A DNA stretch of 63,395 nucleotides from a virus. Its lineage: Duplodnaviria > Caudoviricetes. Numbering within the stretch: the stretch's first letter is position 1; each line of letters starts with the position of its first letter. Under the pieces are notes generated by a model. The model had not been told where the DNA came from and did not search any database. It saw only the letters and a program-made list of their open reading frames with translations. Below, in pieces: positions 19,946 to 28,866 of this stretch. The translations under genes and the position numbers were made by a program. The stretch is from IMG/VR virus record IMGVR_UViG_3300037205_000035, positions 1 to 63,395 of that record; one strand, 5' to 3'.

Positions 19946-20135
19946 TTACTGAAGCCCTCTTGGTACGTCTGGGTGCCTCAGTTTTAGGTTGTGGTGTAGG
20001 GTAGGTTTTGAAGCCTAAATTCAACTTATGGTAGTGAAGTCTTCCACAAGTTCTACATTCGTAGGTTAGGCTGTTGATATTGATGATGCCCTTATGCCGA
20101 AAGCGGCAATAGAGCTTAACCAGTTTTTCTAGCAT
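19905..20135 (-). CDS. Hypothetical protein (CxxC), 3' end overlaps hammerhead 2
   Basis: AAGGAG SD; YECRTCG. Confidence 0.6.
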   Translation of the reverse strand: MLEKLVKLYCRFRHKGIININSLTYECRTCGRLHYHKLNLGFKTYPTPQPKTEAPRRTKRASVTPLRSAQARNRAI

Positions 20136-20292
20136 TGACTCCTTTCTTGCTGACCTCTGCTAACCTGTCAGCCGTCATAGTGGCAAACCCTTTCTTGACC
20201 TTTGCTTGTCCCCCTTTGCGCCCCGCCTCTGCTCTTATCTTGTGCAGGCGCTGACGCCATTCTTTGAGAGTTTCTGGTTTGCCGTCCTTCAT
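20116..20292 (-). CDS. Small KGG-motif protein, 58 aa, not in the ORF track
   Basis: AEAGRKGGQAKVKKGFATM...EVSKKG. Confidence 0.55.
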   Translation of the reverse strand: MKDGKPETLKEWRQRLHKIRAEAGRKGGQAKVKKGFATMTADRLAEVSKKGVNARKTG

Positions 20293-20472
20293 GATCCCCA
20301 GACAGTGCTCATGGTTTAAGCTCCTTTCTTAGCTCTAGTGCCCGCTTAGCTCTCTGAGCATAGAGAGCTTGAACAATCGGACCACACTTAGTCTCAAAAG
20401 ACTTTGTATGATAGTGAGCTTCAGCAAGCTCAAGAGCACGAAACAACAGAGCGTAATCTGTTTTGTTAATTC

Positions 20473-20652
20473 TCACACCTCCCACCGTTTGACTTGGGTA
20501 TGCAGAGCCATCACAAATTCAGCAGCCATAGGCTCACTGTACTTGTATGCCTCATCATCTGACATGTTGGGTCTTTCATGCTTACCGCTTCGGATGAATG
20601 CAGCCCACTGAAGTAGGAGCTTTTGAAGCTGCTTTATTTCCTTTTGATTCAT
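20473..20652 (-). CDS. Hypothetical protein
   Basis: GAGGTG SD is the 3' strand of stem I of hammerhead 3. Confidence 0.6.
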   Translation of the reverse strand: MNQKEIKQLQKLLLQWAAFIRSGKHERPNMSDDEAYKYSEPMAAEFVMALHTQVKRWEV

Positions 20653-20657
20653 ACTCA

Positions 20658-20706
20658 CCTCTAGGGCCGTAATCATTACAGCCTTTCGCCTTCGCTCATC
20701 AGGAGG
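20658..20706 (-). ncRNA. Hammerhead ribozyme 3 (type I; palindrome in stem III)
   Basis: CCTC CTGATGA GC-GAAG-GC GAAA GGCTGTAATGATTACGGCC CTA/GAGG. Confidence 0.75.
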
Positions 20707-20778
20707 TTATTGCTTTCTCTGGCAGATTACAAAGAACACACCAGCCAGTATCAGGAACAGTAGGGCTATAGCGTGCAT

Positions 20779-21012
20779 TTAGTAGTTTCCTTCAGGATCA
20801 TGGTACTTGTCGATATGCCCAAACTCTAATGACTCATTGAAGATGCGCCTAACAGCAGCTTTTAGTAGCTGTATCTGACTAGTTCGGAATGACCATAGCA
20901 TTGTGCGTGTGCGAAACCTGCCAGCTAGGTTATGGGCTTCCTCAATGAAGTCTCTATTATATGGAACCCTAAGTTGCACACGGGTTTTAGATGTTGAAAG
21001 CTTCATTTTCAT
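20779..21012 (-). CDS. Small hypothetical protein (HARP-like pattern)
   Basis: VPYNRDFIEEAHNLAGRF...WSF. Confidence 0.5.
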   Translation of the reverse strand: MKMKLSTSKTRVQLRVPYNRDFIEEAHNLAGRFRTRTMLWSFRTSQIQLLKAAVRRIFNESLEFGHIDKYHDPEGNY

Positions 21013-21061
21013 AGTTTGTGTTCCTACCCCCTTATGAACCCCTGACCTCCCTTACAGTTCC

Positions 21062-21091
21062 AGTTTAACAGTGTTGAGTGCCTTATGTCAA
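21062..21091 (-). promoter_or_regulatory. Internal sigma70 promoter just downstream of hammerhead 4
   Basis: TTGACA-18-TAAACT with extended TG. Confidence 0.6.
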
Positions 21092-21092
21092 G

Positions 21093-21153
21093 TGGGATTC
21101 CAGACTCCTTATGCAGGAGTTTCGCCTGTTTATGCAGGCTCATCAGTAGCCCA
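21093..21153 (-). ncRNA. Hammerhead ribozyme 4 (type I)
   Basis: TGGG-CTA CTGATGA GCCTG-CATAAA-CAGGC GAAA CTCCT-GCATA-AGGAG TC/TGG-AAT-CCCA. Confidence 0.85.
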
Positions 21154-21445
21154 TATCTCGTTCTTCTTTACAGTCCCAACACTCGGTATATGGATACTTG
21201 CACTTTTCACCACACATAGAGCACGTTCCCGGCTGTTCACCTCTCCGTCTAGCCGCAATTGCTATTTGGTCTGTTCTTGATAGTGGCTGCTTATCTACAC
21301 CCGAAGCAAGTTTTACAGCTTCATCAAGTCGATTCAATGGTACAAACCAGATCTTTTTATTAGCATCCCACTTTCCACCCATATCTTTAAGTTGCTGGCG
21401 GATAGGGTAGGTATTACCAGCAACAGGCTTCATTTCTATTGTCAT
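21143..21445 (-). CDS. DUF5710-like small protein with C-terminal Zn finger
   Basis: TYPIRQQLKDMGGKWD...KIW; CxxC..CxxC. Confidence 0.6.
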   Translation of the reverse strand: MTIEMKPVAGNTYPIRQQLKDMGGKWDANKKIWFVPLNRLDEAVKLASGVDKQPLSRTDQIAIAARRRGEQPGTCSMCGEKCKYPYTECWDCKEERDMGY

Positions 21446-21454
21446 TTACTTTCT

Positions 21455-21500
21455 CCCAGACCGTAATCATTACACGGTTTCGCTTGCGCTCGTCAGTGGG
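21455..21500 (-). ncRNA. Hammerhead ribozyme 5 (type I; palindrome in stem III)
   Basis: CCCA CTGACGA GC-GCAA-GC GAAA CCG-TGTAATGATTA-CGG TC/TGGG. Confidence 0.85.
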
Positions 21501-21797
21501 CTAATCAGTAGCGATCTCGTAATAAAAGCCTTTGGCTGTACGAGTAAACAGGTTCCTTCTTAGGTATATGGGCAGTGCATTATAATACTCTATTTTGTTA
21601 ATGCGCCGCATAATCCTAAAGGGTTGAGGCTCAAACTTATAGATACCCTTTCCTTGCTCATAAACCTCATACTCAACCACATGGATTGAGTCGATAGCTA
21701 ATGCTGTATCTGACACAGCCACCATGAACTTAGACGACTGTACTATGCCTATAGCCTCAGCCCTTGTTAGTTTCTGTTTTGCTGGTTGTGGCGACAC
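21501..21797 (-). CDS. Hypothetical protein
   Basis: Stop abuts hammerhead 5; start abuts the upstream stop. Confidence 0.55.
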   Translation of the reverse strand: MSPQPAKQKLTRAEAIGIVQSSKFMVAVSDTALAIDSIHVVEYEVYEQGKGIYKFEPQPFRIMRRINKIEYYNALPIYLRRNLFTRTAKGFYYEIATD

Positions 21798-22085
21798 TTA
21801 AGTACCTTCAACATCCTGCGAGTACTGAATCTCTGCAACTTTATCATCTAAGATACCATTGCAAGCTTGGCATTCCTCGTCATCACAGCCATCAACATTA
21901 TGTTTATCCAGTGGAATGTATTCCCTTAGAATCTCATCACCACTGAGTAGTGTTACAGGCTCATCGGCCCCCCTACCAGCACCAGCTTTGGATATATCCA
22001 CATACTTGTCATACTCTAAGCCTGCTAAAGTGTGGTTACGCCCAACATAAACAGTCCCAATGTTTCCGACAACTACCTCTATCAT
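21798..22085 (-). CDS. Hypothetical protein
   Basis: GGGAG SD from hammerhead 6. Confidence 0.65.
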   Translation of the reverse strand: MIEVVVGNIGTVYVGRNHTLAGLEYDKYVDISKAGAGRGADEPVTLLSGDEILREYIPLDKHNVDGCDDEECQACNGILDDKVAEIQYSQDVEGT

Positions 22086-22094
22086 ATTTTCTCT

Positions 22095-22148
22095 CCCATA
22101 TGTCGTAACTTGTACGGCATTTCGCTAGATAACTAGCTCATCAGTGGG
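22095..22148 (-). ncRNA. Hammerhead ribozyme 6 (type I)
   Basis: CCCA CTGATGA GCTAG-TTAT-CTAGC GAAA TGCCGTA-CAAGT-TACGACA TA/TGGG. Confidence 0.85.
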
Positions 22149-22889
22149 TTAAATGTAGGCACATCCGGGGGATTTAAGCTCTCTCAGAACATCCAATGCA
22201 AGTTCTGCCGACAATATTAACCACTTATCAGCATCAGCAGAAGCAGCAGCAGCAGAACGAGCAGTATTAGCAGCAGCACGAGCAGCAGCATACACACCAT
22301 CAGCAACATGAGCAGTATCAGCAGCACGAGCAGCAGCAACAGCAGCATAGGCAGCATTAGCACCAGCAGCATAAGCAGCACCAGCAGCATAAGCAGCACC
22401 AGCAGCATCAGCATTAACATCATCATAAGCAGCATTAGCAGCAGCATTAGCAGTATAAGAAGCAGCACGAATAGCAGCAGAAGTACCTTCTGTTTCACAC
22501 CTTAATGCTACATCCAAGCAGGACTGATTATTTGGGAAAATCTGCCTAAACAATTGGGGGATTAAAACTTGGATAGTCTTTTGAGCTAATTTTTCAGAAA
22601 ATACTCCACCATCAACTACCCCCCTACTACCTACTTGTGCAATTCCTATGTTACGTAGACCCGTAGCTCTAGCTTTTGGTGATGACCAGTCTGAGTCATT
22701 GAGCCTAATTTCATATGCTCTAACAGCAGGCTCAACACAAGTAGGATTATCACCGTGGGGTAAATCAAGGGCATAACAAATAGCGGCCTCAATGTCCATC
22801 TGACCATTTCTATTTCCCACCCCCTTACACAGACCCCGACTAAGGGCTTCGTCAAATTTAGGAATCAACGTCTCAAAATTAATCTCCAT
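22149..22889 (-). CDS. Ala-rich (AAYAA/AADAA) repeat protein 1
   Basis: Globular N-terminus plus GCT-codon Ala tract. Confidence 0.7.
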   Translation of the reverse strand: MEINFETLIPKFDEALSRGLCKGVGNRNGQMDIEAAICYALDLPHGDNPTCVEPAVRAYEIRLNDSDWSSPKARATGLRNIGIAQVGSRGVVDGGVFSEKLAQKTIQVLIPQLFRQIFPNNQSCLDVALRCETEGTSAAIRAASYTANAAANAAYDDVNADAAGAAYAAGAAYAAGANAAYAAVAAARAADTAHVADGVYAAARAAANTARSAAAASADADKWLILSAELALDVLRELKSPGCAYI

Positions 22890-22894
22890 AATCT

Positions 22895-22950
22895 CTCCTT
22901 CTTCAGTACTCGATTCACGAGTAGACTAGGTTGTTAGCCTAGTTTCGGAG
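22895..22950 (-). ncRNA. Hammerhead ribozyme 7 (type II; extra A after A9)
   Basis: CTCC GAAA CTAGG-CTAACAA-CCTAG TC/TACTCG-TGAAT-CGAGTA CTGAAGA A GGAG. Confidence 0.8.
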
Positions 22951-23026
22951 TGTTTTACCGCGACTTGGTCCTCGGTGAGATAGTAGCGGGATGTGGCTTT
23001 GGCTTCGGTGATGGTTTGGCGGCCGT

Positions 23027-23218
23027 TCATGCGGACACCTCCGGTACTCCAGCAGCTTCCAGTAATTCGACATCGCCCTTGTCGATGTAGGGGACCAGAG
23101 ATTGAAGCTCGGCCAGTTCGCCGTAACTGATTCGCTCCGCCCGCAGTTCGCCGCGAAGATACTCCAGGCGTGCAGAGACTTCTTTCTCAAACAGCTTCTC
23201 ATCAGTTAATGTTGCCAT
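23027..23218 (-). CDS. Hypothetical protein
   Basis: GAGGA SD overlapping the core/stem II of hammerhead 8. Confidence 0.65.
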   Translation of the reverse strand: MATLTDEKLFEKEVSARLEYLRGELRAERISYGELAELQSLVPYIDKGDVELLEAAGVPEVSA

Positions 23219-23222
23219 GTTG

Positions 23223-23274
23223 TCCTCATCAGTACGCTTGTTGCGTAGACAGAGCGATTAAGCTCTGTTTCGGA
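23223..23274 (-). ncRNA. Hammerhead ribozyme 8 (type II)
   Basis: TCC GAAA CAGAGC-TTAATC-GCTCTG TC/TACGC-AACAA-GCGTA CTGATGA GGA. Confidence 0.85.
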
Positions 23275-23295
23275 GTTTGTGGTAAAATAGGTACC

Positions 23296-23754
23296 ATGAC
23301 ACACCGTAAAGTATGCCCAAAATGCCTTAAGAATCTCAGCCTAGATAAGTTTAAGCCTAGACCAAACGGAACTTATTCATACTGCTATGCTTGCGAGCTA
23401 TCTTATTATAAAGATTACAACAGGAAAAGATATGCAAGCCCTAAAGCTAGACAAGATGAGCTTAAGAGAACCAAAGACCGTTATCACGCTACATTCAAAC
23501 CAGACCGCATAGCCCGTAAGAAAGAGCTTATACGAATGATGGGCGGGAAGTGTGAACGCTGCGGATACTGCAAAAGTGCAGCGGCCTTAGACTTCCACCA
23601 TAAAGATCCAAAGACTAAGCGAAGAACCGTGTCCCACTTGATAGCCTTAAGATCAACAGATGCTTGGTCAGAGGCAAAGATAGAGGCTTCAGACTGTGAA
23701 CTTCTATGCAGCAATTGCCACAGAGAAGAAACATACCCCGGATGGGATATGTAA
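23296..23754 (+). CDS. HNH endonuclease, antisense to the surrounding operon
   Basis: CPKC..CYAC; GGKCERCGY..ALDFHH..LLCSNCHREE; TGGTAAAAT extended -10 just upstream of ATG 23296. Confidence 0.85.
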   Translation: MTHRKVCPKCLKNLSLDKFKPRPNGTYSYCYACELSYYKDYNRKRYASPKARQDELKRTKDRYHATFKPDRIARKKELIRMMGGKCERCGYCKSAAALDFHHKDPKTKRRTVSHLIALRSTDAWSEAKIEASDCELLCSNCHREETYPGWDM

Positions 23755-23808
23755 GCCCTGACTACCTTTATAGGTAGTTTCGCGTAATGATTACGCTCAT
23801 CAGAAGGC
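23755..23808 (-). ncRNA. Hammerhead ribozyme 9 (type I; palindrome is stem II)
   Basis: GCCTT CTGATGA GCGTAATCATTACGC GAAA CTACCT-ATAA-AGGTAG TC/AGGGC. Confidence 0.88.
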
Positions 23809-24960
23809 AAGTTGCAACACTTTACCAGCAGCCCTATCCATAGCATCTCGCTTGTCAGCGTAGTTTTGCTGAGAGAGTCTGGTAACTCCTGATGCAAAAC
23901 CCCAAGCTGAGTTAGGTTCATTGCCATGCAAGTCTGCATGACGGTCAGCTAACACATAAGCTTCTTCGCAGTCTTTGCGTGAGAGGCCAAAGGACTTACC
24001 ATATACGAAGTCTACGACCTCTTCTTTAGACTGCCCTAACAGCTTTTGTTTGGCCTGTCTAATCCGAATTTCATCATCGGATGCAGCAGTTTCCATCCTA
24101 GCCGTTATTGAAGCCATTGCTTCAGAGAATGCCCTACGTGCTTCCCCTGTGTGGCGGATTGTCACCTCACCTATGGTTTTGGTGTTCCAACAGATGTGAT
24201 TTCCGCACACCGATTCATACAGGAACAAAGTAGCTCTGAATCTAGCAGCGCCAACTTCTGAATTGCTCCAGAACACCCCACGATAGAGCGTTTCCCCATC
24301 ACCACCATTGATAGCCCGATCTTCATTGACCTGAAAGATAAAGCAATCATGGTCTGAAGCATATAGGCCGCTAGGTGATATCTCATCCCCGACCTTGACA
24401 CCTAGAGATGGGTGTGCCGACTTACGCAACACATCAGCCTCAGTAGCCTGACGTGTGGGCACATTCTCTAAGCCGCAAGGCCGAGCAGGGGGAGTCTTCC
24501 AACCTTCGTTCTCCTCCAACGCAAGCGCGAGGTTCGCTATCTCATAATTCCAGATGCGCGAGTACCTATCACTAGTAATGCAACGAACATCAAGCCCACC
24601 GTTCTGATGGAACATGATTTGCTGTCTACCACTAAGCTTAGACAAGCCGTGATTTAAGCAGTCCGCTGCAATTGGGGCGGGAAGCTGACGAAGATAAGAA
24701 GCTGGAGCTTCACAGAGATTGCTGAACTGCCCGAAAGCGTAATGCTGAAACTTCGCACCATGCTGACGAGTGGGACCATAGAGCAACAGGTCATTATCGT
24801 CAGTAGGTTGTACGGAGCAGGTAGAAAGCGCAAGTTCTTTTACTTTGCTTTCTTCTGCATAAGTGCGAGTCTTTTCCAGCAATTCGCTGAGTGTCCAGAA
24901 TCTTTGATCAGCGGGGCGGACTGCCCATTGACGGGAAGCCGCCACTAAGTTTGTACTCAT
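23800..24960 (-). CDS. DUF932-like phage/plasmid protein
   Basis: RCITSDRYSRIWN, WSNSEVG, YESVCGN, IRHTG. Confidence 0.7.
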   Translation of the reverse strand: MSTNLVAASRQWAVRPADQRFWTLSELLEKTRTYAEESKVKELALSTCSVQPTDDNDLLLYGPTRQHGAKFQHYAFGQFSNLCEAPASYLRQLPAPIAADCLNHGLSKLSGRQQIMFHQNGGLDVRCITSDRYSRIWNYEIANLALALEENEGWKTPPARPCGLENVPTRQATEADVLRKSAHPSLGVKVGDEISPSGLYASDHDCFIFQVNEDRAINGGDGETLYRGVFWSNSEVGAARFRATLFLYESVCGNHICWNTKTIGEVTIRHTGEARRAFSEAMASITARMETAASDDEIRIRQAKQKLLGQSKEEVVDFVYGKSFGLSRKDCEEAYVLADRHADLHGNEPNSAWGFASGVTRLSQQNYADKRDAMDRAAGKVLQLAF

Positions 24961-24978
24961 GTGTCGTCCTTTATATTT

Positions 24979-25039
24979 GATGTGATCTTCAGCAATAGGC
25001 CATCAACCCTATTGAACGCGAGTTAATCGCGTTTCACTC
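24979..25039 (-). ncRNA. Hammerhead ribozyme 10 (type II, weak stem II)
   Basis: GT GAAA CGCGA-TTAAC-TCGCG TT/CAATAGG-GTTGATGG-CCTATTG CTGAAGA TCAC. Confidence 0.6.
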
Positions 25040-25273
25040 TTCTGCCCTCGCTATTCTGCCAACTTTCTTTACCCAATCAGGTGAATCATCAGCTAGTGCT
25101 GAGGGTAGATTATCGGCAAGAATGAGACACAAGCTATACCAGTTGTCATGCATACGTTCTGGGGCACGATATGGATAAGTGTGTCTCATAAAGTCATCAA
25201 TAGCAGAGGATGCCGGATGATCCGGTGGAATCTCCGCTTTGATTCTGTCAACTACTTCACCAAAGTTACGCAT
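25034..25273 (-). CDS. Hypothetical protein (start revised to ATG 25273)
   Basis: GAGGT SD from hammerhead 11. Confidence 0.65.
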   Translation of the reverse strand: MRNFGEVVDRIKAEIPPDHPASSAIDDFMRHTYPYRAPERMHDNWYSLCLILADNLPSALADDSPDWVKKVGRIARAEE

Positions 25274-25279
25274 ATTTTT

Positions 25280-25342
25280 ACCTCTAACACCGTAATCATT
25301 ACACGGTGTTTTCGCTTGATTCACACAAGCTGATCACGAGGT
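25280..25342 (-). ncRNA. Hammerhead ribozyme 11 (type I; G3-C8 core variant; palindrome in stem III)
   Basis: ACCTC GTGATCA GCTTG-TGTGAAT-CAAGC GAAA ACACCG-TGTAATGATTA-CGGTGT TA/GAGGT. Confidence 0.8.
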
Positions 25343-25525
25343 TTAGTCCTGCTTCGTATATACGTTCAAACCAAGAGTTGCCCCAGTGTTAGGGTCAACC
25401 TGAATGTTTCCCTGTGTTGTGGCAATAACCGTAGTCTTGCCCGATGCGCTCTTGCCATGCCGTTCAGATAAGTCAACCTCAATCGTGAGGATCTTACCTT
25501 TGATCGTAGTCTTTACATTAACCAT
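25343..25525 (-). CDS. Small phage protein
   Basis: LTIEVDLS..HGKSASGKTTVIATTQGN; AAGGA SD. Confidence 0.7.
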   Translation of the reverse strand: MVNVKTTIKGKILTIEVDLSERHGKSASGKTTVIATTQGNIQVDPNTGATLGLNVYTKQD

Positions 25526-25547
25526 GTTTTGTCCTTTGAGGTTGAAT

Positions 25548-25579
25548 ACCCCGACCGTAATGATTACGGTTTCGTCTTG

Positions 25580-25598
<19 letters not shown>
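25548..25598 (-). ncRNA. Hammerhead ribozyme 12 (type I; palindrome is stem III)
   Basis: ACCTC CTGACGA GTCTT-AAC-AAGAC GAAA CCGTAATCATTACGG TC/GGGGT. Confidence 0.85.
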
Positions 25599-26527
<929 letters not shown>

Positions 26528-26536
26528 ATGTTTCAT

Positions 26537-26585
26537 CTCCATACACGCCCACATTAGCGTGTTTCGCTTGCGCTCATCAGTGGAG
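26537..26585 (-). ncRNA. Hammerhead ribozyme 13 (type I)
   Basis: CTCCA CTGATGA GC-GCAA-GC GAAA CACGCT-AATGTG-GGCGTG TA/TGGAG. Confidence 0.85.
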
Positions 26586-26900
26586 CTACACATCAGCATA
26601 ATGATATGTAGTATGTTTCTCTGGCTTCTTCTCGTGGAGTGTGACCCACACATGCCGAACGTAGTAATCTTCGGGCGTGTTTGATCTCTCATCATCATAT
26701 TTCATGCGTTTCTCAAACACCCATCCAATTGTGCGGACACCTTTTACAGTGTCTATGTGAACTTTTGAGATACAGCGGCCATACTCACGCTGTAGACCTT
26801 TAAACAGCTTGCCTTTGTCATCAGTCCACGCCTCAAACACGCCGGATTCACCAAATTGATACCCTTTGGTTTCGTTGGTGTACGTCTCTGAAATGTACAT
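26586..26900 (-). CDS. Hypothetical protein (start revised to ATG 26900)
   Basis: GGAG SD from hammerhead 14; stop abuts hammerhead 13. Confidence 0.7.
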   Translation of the reverse strand: MYISETYTNETKGYQFGESGVFEAWTDDKGKLFKGLQREYGRCISKVHIDTVKGVRTIGWVFEKRMKYDDERSNTPEDYYVRHVWVTLHEKKPEKHTTYHYADV

Positions 26901-26905
26901 ATCAT

Positions 26906-26952
26906 CTCCATACGCTTTGCAGCGTTTCATCCTTTCGGAATCATCAGTGGAG
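26906..26952 (-). ncRNA. Hammerhead ribozyme 14 (type I; U.U at base of stem II)
   Basis: CTCCA CTGATGA T-TCC-GAAA-GGA-T GAAA CGCT-GCAA-AGCG TA/TGGAG. Confidence 0.8.
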
Positions 26953-27092
26953 TATGCCTTTTATCCGTCAAGGCTAAGGCCGATATTCTCGTGACTCGGA
27001 CCAACGCTATCTTTTTACCTGAGAGTTCACTTGCGCGTGGTTAGCAAGACCGTTGCGGTAGAGGATACATTAACAGGGGAAAGATAGAAAAC

Positions 27093-27383
27093 TTAGGCTA
27101 CTTGCTTGCGATTGTCTTTTGTTACGTATGCTGGATCATTTAGCGGACAATCAGCAGCAGTATGAAACTGTGGCGCATCACTTGCGTATATCTGGCTGTA
27201 ACTCTTGAGGCCGTATTTGATCGGCACTCTGAAGTCATCAGGCCGTCTAACCCAAGTTTGGGTTTCGCCATTACGTCTCCAGTGCTCAGTGTGTTCCTTG
27301 ATACCACCATTGGGACCAATGACACGAGTACAAGTGCCGAAGTGAAACTCGTGGGCAGTTAAAGCTTGCTCTTTTGTAATCAT
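27093..27383 (-). CDS. Hypothetical protein
   Basis: WRRNGETQTWVRRPDDFRVPIKYGL; GGAG SD from hammerhead 15. Confidence 0.7.
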   Translation of the reverse strand: MITKEQALTAHEFHFGTCTRVIGPNGGIKEHTEHWRRNGETQTWVRRPDDFRVPIKYGLKSYSQIYASDAPQFHTAADCPLNDPAYVTKDNRKQVA

Positions 27384-27390
27384 TACGTTT

Positions 27391-27447
27391 CTCCCGACAC
27401 TAGACTAGCTAGTGTTTCGCTCGAATTTCACGAGCTAATCATGAGAG
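27391..27447 (-). ncRNA. Hammerhead ribozyme 15 (type I; A3-U8 core variant)
   Basis: CTCTC ATGATTA GCTCG-TGAAATT-CGAGC GAAA CACTAG-CTAGT-CTAGTG TC/GGGAG. Confidence 0.8.
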
Positions 27448-27448
27448 T

Positions 27449-27685
27449 TTAGCTGTATATAGGGAACACGGAGTCAACCATACTCAGAATATCTGACTTA
27501 GTGTGCCCCAGGTCATAAAGCTTCCTAAGTTGCACACGCAACTCAGTAGCTTGCACCAATTTTACTTCAGTCCAGATAGGATCAATGAAGTCTTTAGCTT
27601 CTTTCAATCCAACTGTCACGTTGCACGTTTCTTGAATGTGAACACGCAACTTCTTAATCGCATCAATCTTGTTTGTAGCTGTCAT
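27449..27685 (-). CDS. Small protein with ribosomal L7/L12 C-terminal-like motif
   Basis: NKIDAIKKLR...VGLKEAKDFID; start revised to ATG 27685. Confidence 0.6.
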   Translation of the reverse strand: MTATNKIDAIKKLRVHIQETCNVTVGLKEAKDFIDPIWTEVKLVQATELRVQLRKLYDLGHTKSDILSMVDSVFPIYS

Positions 27686-27691
27686 GTGATC

Positions 27692-27740
27692 TCCCGACAC
27701 CAGCATTTAACGCTAGTGTTTCGCATTGCTCGTCAGGGGA
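27692..27740 (-). ncRNA. Hammerhead ribozyme 16 (type I)
   Basis: TCCC CTGACGA GC-AAT-GC GAAA CACTAGCG-TTAAA-TGCTGGTG TC/GGGA. Confidence 0.8.
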
Positions 27741-27971
27741 TTAGCGCCGTCGCTTTGTAGCCCGTCGCTCATTCGTCATACAGCCGCTGCACTGATTCTT
27801 TGTTCCTTTTGTGCTCGCAGCACAAGTACAAGGTTCAATTTTAGTCGATGGCACACGCCTTGCACTATCCCTATGTCTCTGACCATTAAGATTATGGCTA
27901 GGCATAGTTCGTATACCTGCATCTGAAAGACTCTTACCACGTTCTAACTTGGGTATTGCCGATGTGTTCAT
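27741..27971 (-). CDS. Small basic hypothetical protein
   Basis: Bounded exactly by hammerheads 17 and 16. Confidence 0.6.
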   Translation of the reverse strand: MNTSAIPKLERGKSLSDAGIRTMPSHNLNGQRHRDSARRVPSTKIEPCTCAASTKGTKNQCSGCMTNERRATKRRR

Positions 27972-27981
27972 TTACTTAATC

Positions 27982-28030
27982 TCCCGACTGCTATCTCTAG
28001 CAGTTTCGTCTGTTAAGACTCATCAGGGGA
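27982..28030 (-). ncRNA. Hammerhead ribozyme 17 (type I)
   Basis: TCCC CTGATGA GTCT-TAAC-AGAC GAAA CTGCTA-GAGA-TAGCAG TC/GGGA. Confidence 0.88.
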
Positions 28031-28031
28031 T

Positions 28032-28799
28032 TTAAGCTTGCATACCATACTGTTCTGTAATATACCGCCGCAAGCTTTTAGTCAGTTGCTCCAATCCATA
28101 CTTCTCAAATGTCCCGCCGAAAGCTTTGGTTATACCTTCAGGGTATCGACTAGGCGATTCAGGACTCCATGCTATAGCTAAAGCGTGCTGTCCCACTGGA
28201 GCCACTCGGAATCTCTTAACTGCCCTAATCAGCATAGATGGAACATAGTACTTCTCATCTAAGTGAGAATCCAAGTGGGATGTATAGTGATTGACTTCAC
28301 CTAATGACTGCCCGTTCTGAGTAATCATTAAGCAATACCAGCAGTCACCATTCGACGGTGCGGGAACAGAGCCAGCTACGAAAGCTTTCATGTAACCTTC
28401 CACGTAAGTTTTGATCCTACGTTTCAGTTTCAAAAGCTTTGCAGGGTCTTCACCTTCACCAGTCACACTACCGTCCGAATGCACCATAATGCCGTCATCG
28501 AATGCGAATTGCTTTGCATTGTCTGACCAGCTTTGGCCTAATCGCATGTACCATATACCTCTGTCAGTGTAAAACCGCGCGATGTTTTGAAACTCATTCA
28601 TGCGCTGTTTCGTGGTGACAGTTCGCCAACCACCGGAATCAAAGCTCACATCGCCGTTTGGCTTGAAAGTCATGATTACAGTATTGTGTAGGCGTATGTT
28701 GATGTCATCTCCATTACGCTCTAAGTACGTGTTGTTTGCGATCTTTCGGCGGGTAGAACATCTCCCAGTTAGTTGATCGTTTGCCGTCTGATAGTTCAT
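28032..28799 (-). CDS. Phage hypothetical protein
   Basis: RLHNT...DSGGWRTVTTKQRMN; bounded by hammerheads 18 and 17. Confidence 0.7.
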   Translation of the reverse strand: MNYQTANDQLTGRCSTRRKIANNTYLERNGDDINIRLHNTVIMTFKPNGDVSFDSGGWRTVTTKQRMNEFQNIARFYTDRGIWYMRLGQSWSDNAKQFAFDDGIMVHSDGSVTGEGEDPAKLLKLKRRIKTYVEGYMKAFVAGSVPAPSNGDCWYCLMITQNGQSLGEVNHYTSHLDSHLDEKYYVPSMLIRAVKRFRVAPVGQHALAIAWSPESPSRYPEGITKAFGGTFEKYGLEQLTKSLRRYITEQYGMQA

Positions 28800-28806
28800 A
28801 GTCTCT

Positions 28807-28865
28807 CCATACCACCGTAATCGTTACAGTGGTTTCATCGCTGGACTAGAGCGAATCATCAGTGG
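28807..28865 (-). ncRNA. Hammerhead ribozyme 18 (type I; palindrome variant in stem III)
   Basis: CCA CTGATGA T-TCGCT-CTAGTCC-AGCGA-T GAAA CCACTGTAACGATTACGGTGG TA/TGG. Confidence 0.8.
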
Positions 28866-28866
28866 T

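Noticed and set aside
27005-27032. Minus-strand AACTCTCAGGTAAAAAGA resembling a glycine riboswitch 3' segment
   Set aside because: The GGAGA and CCGAAG elements of the aptamer are absent.
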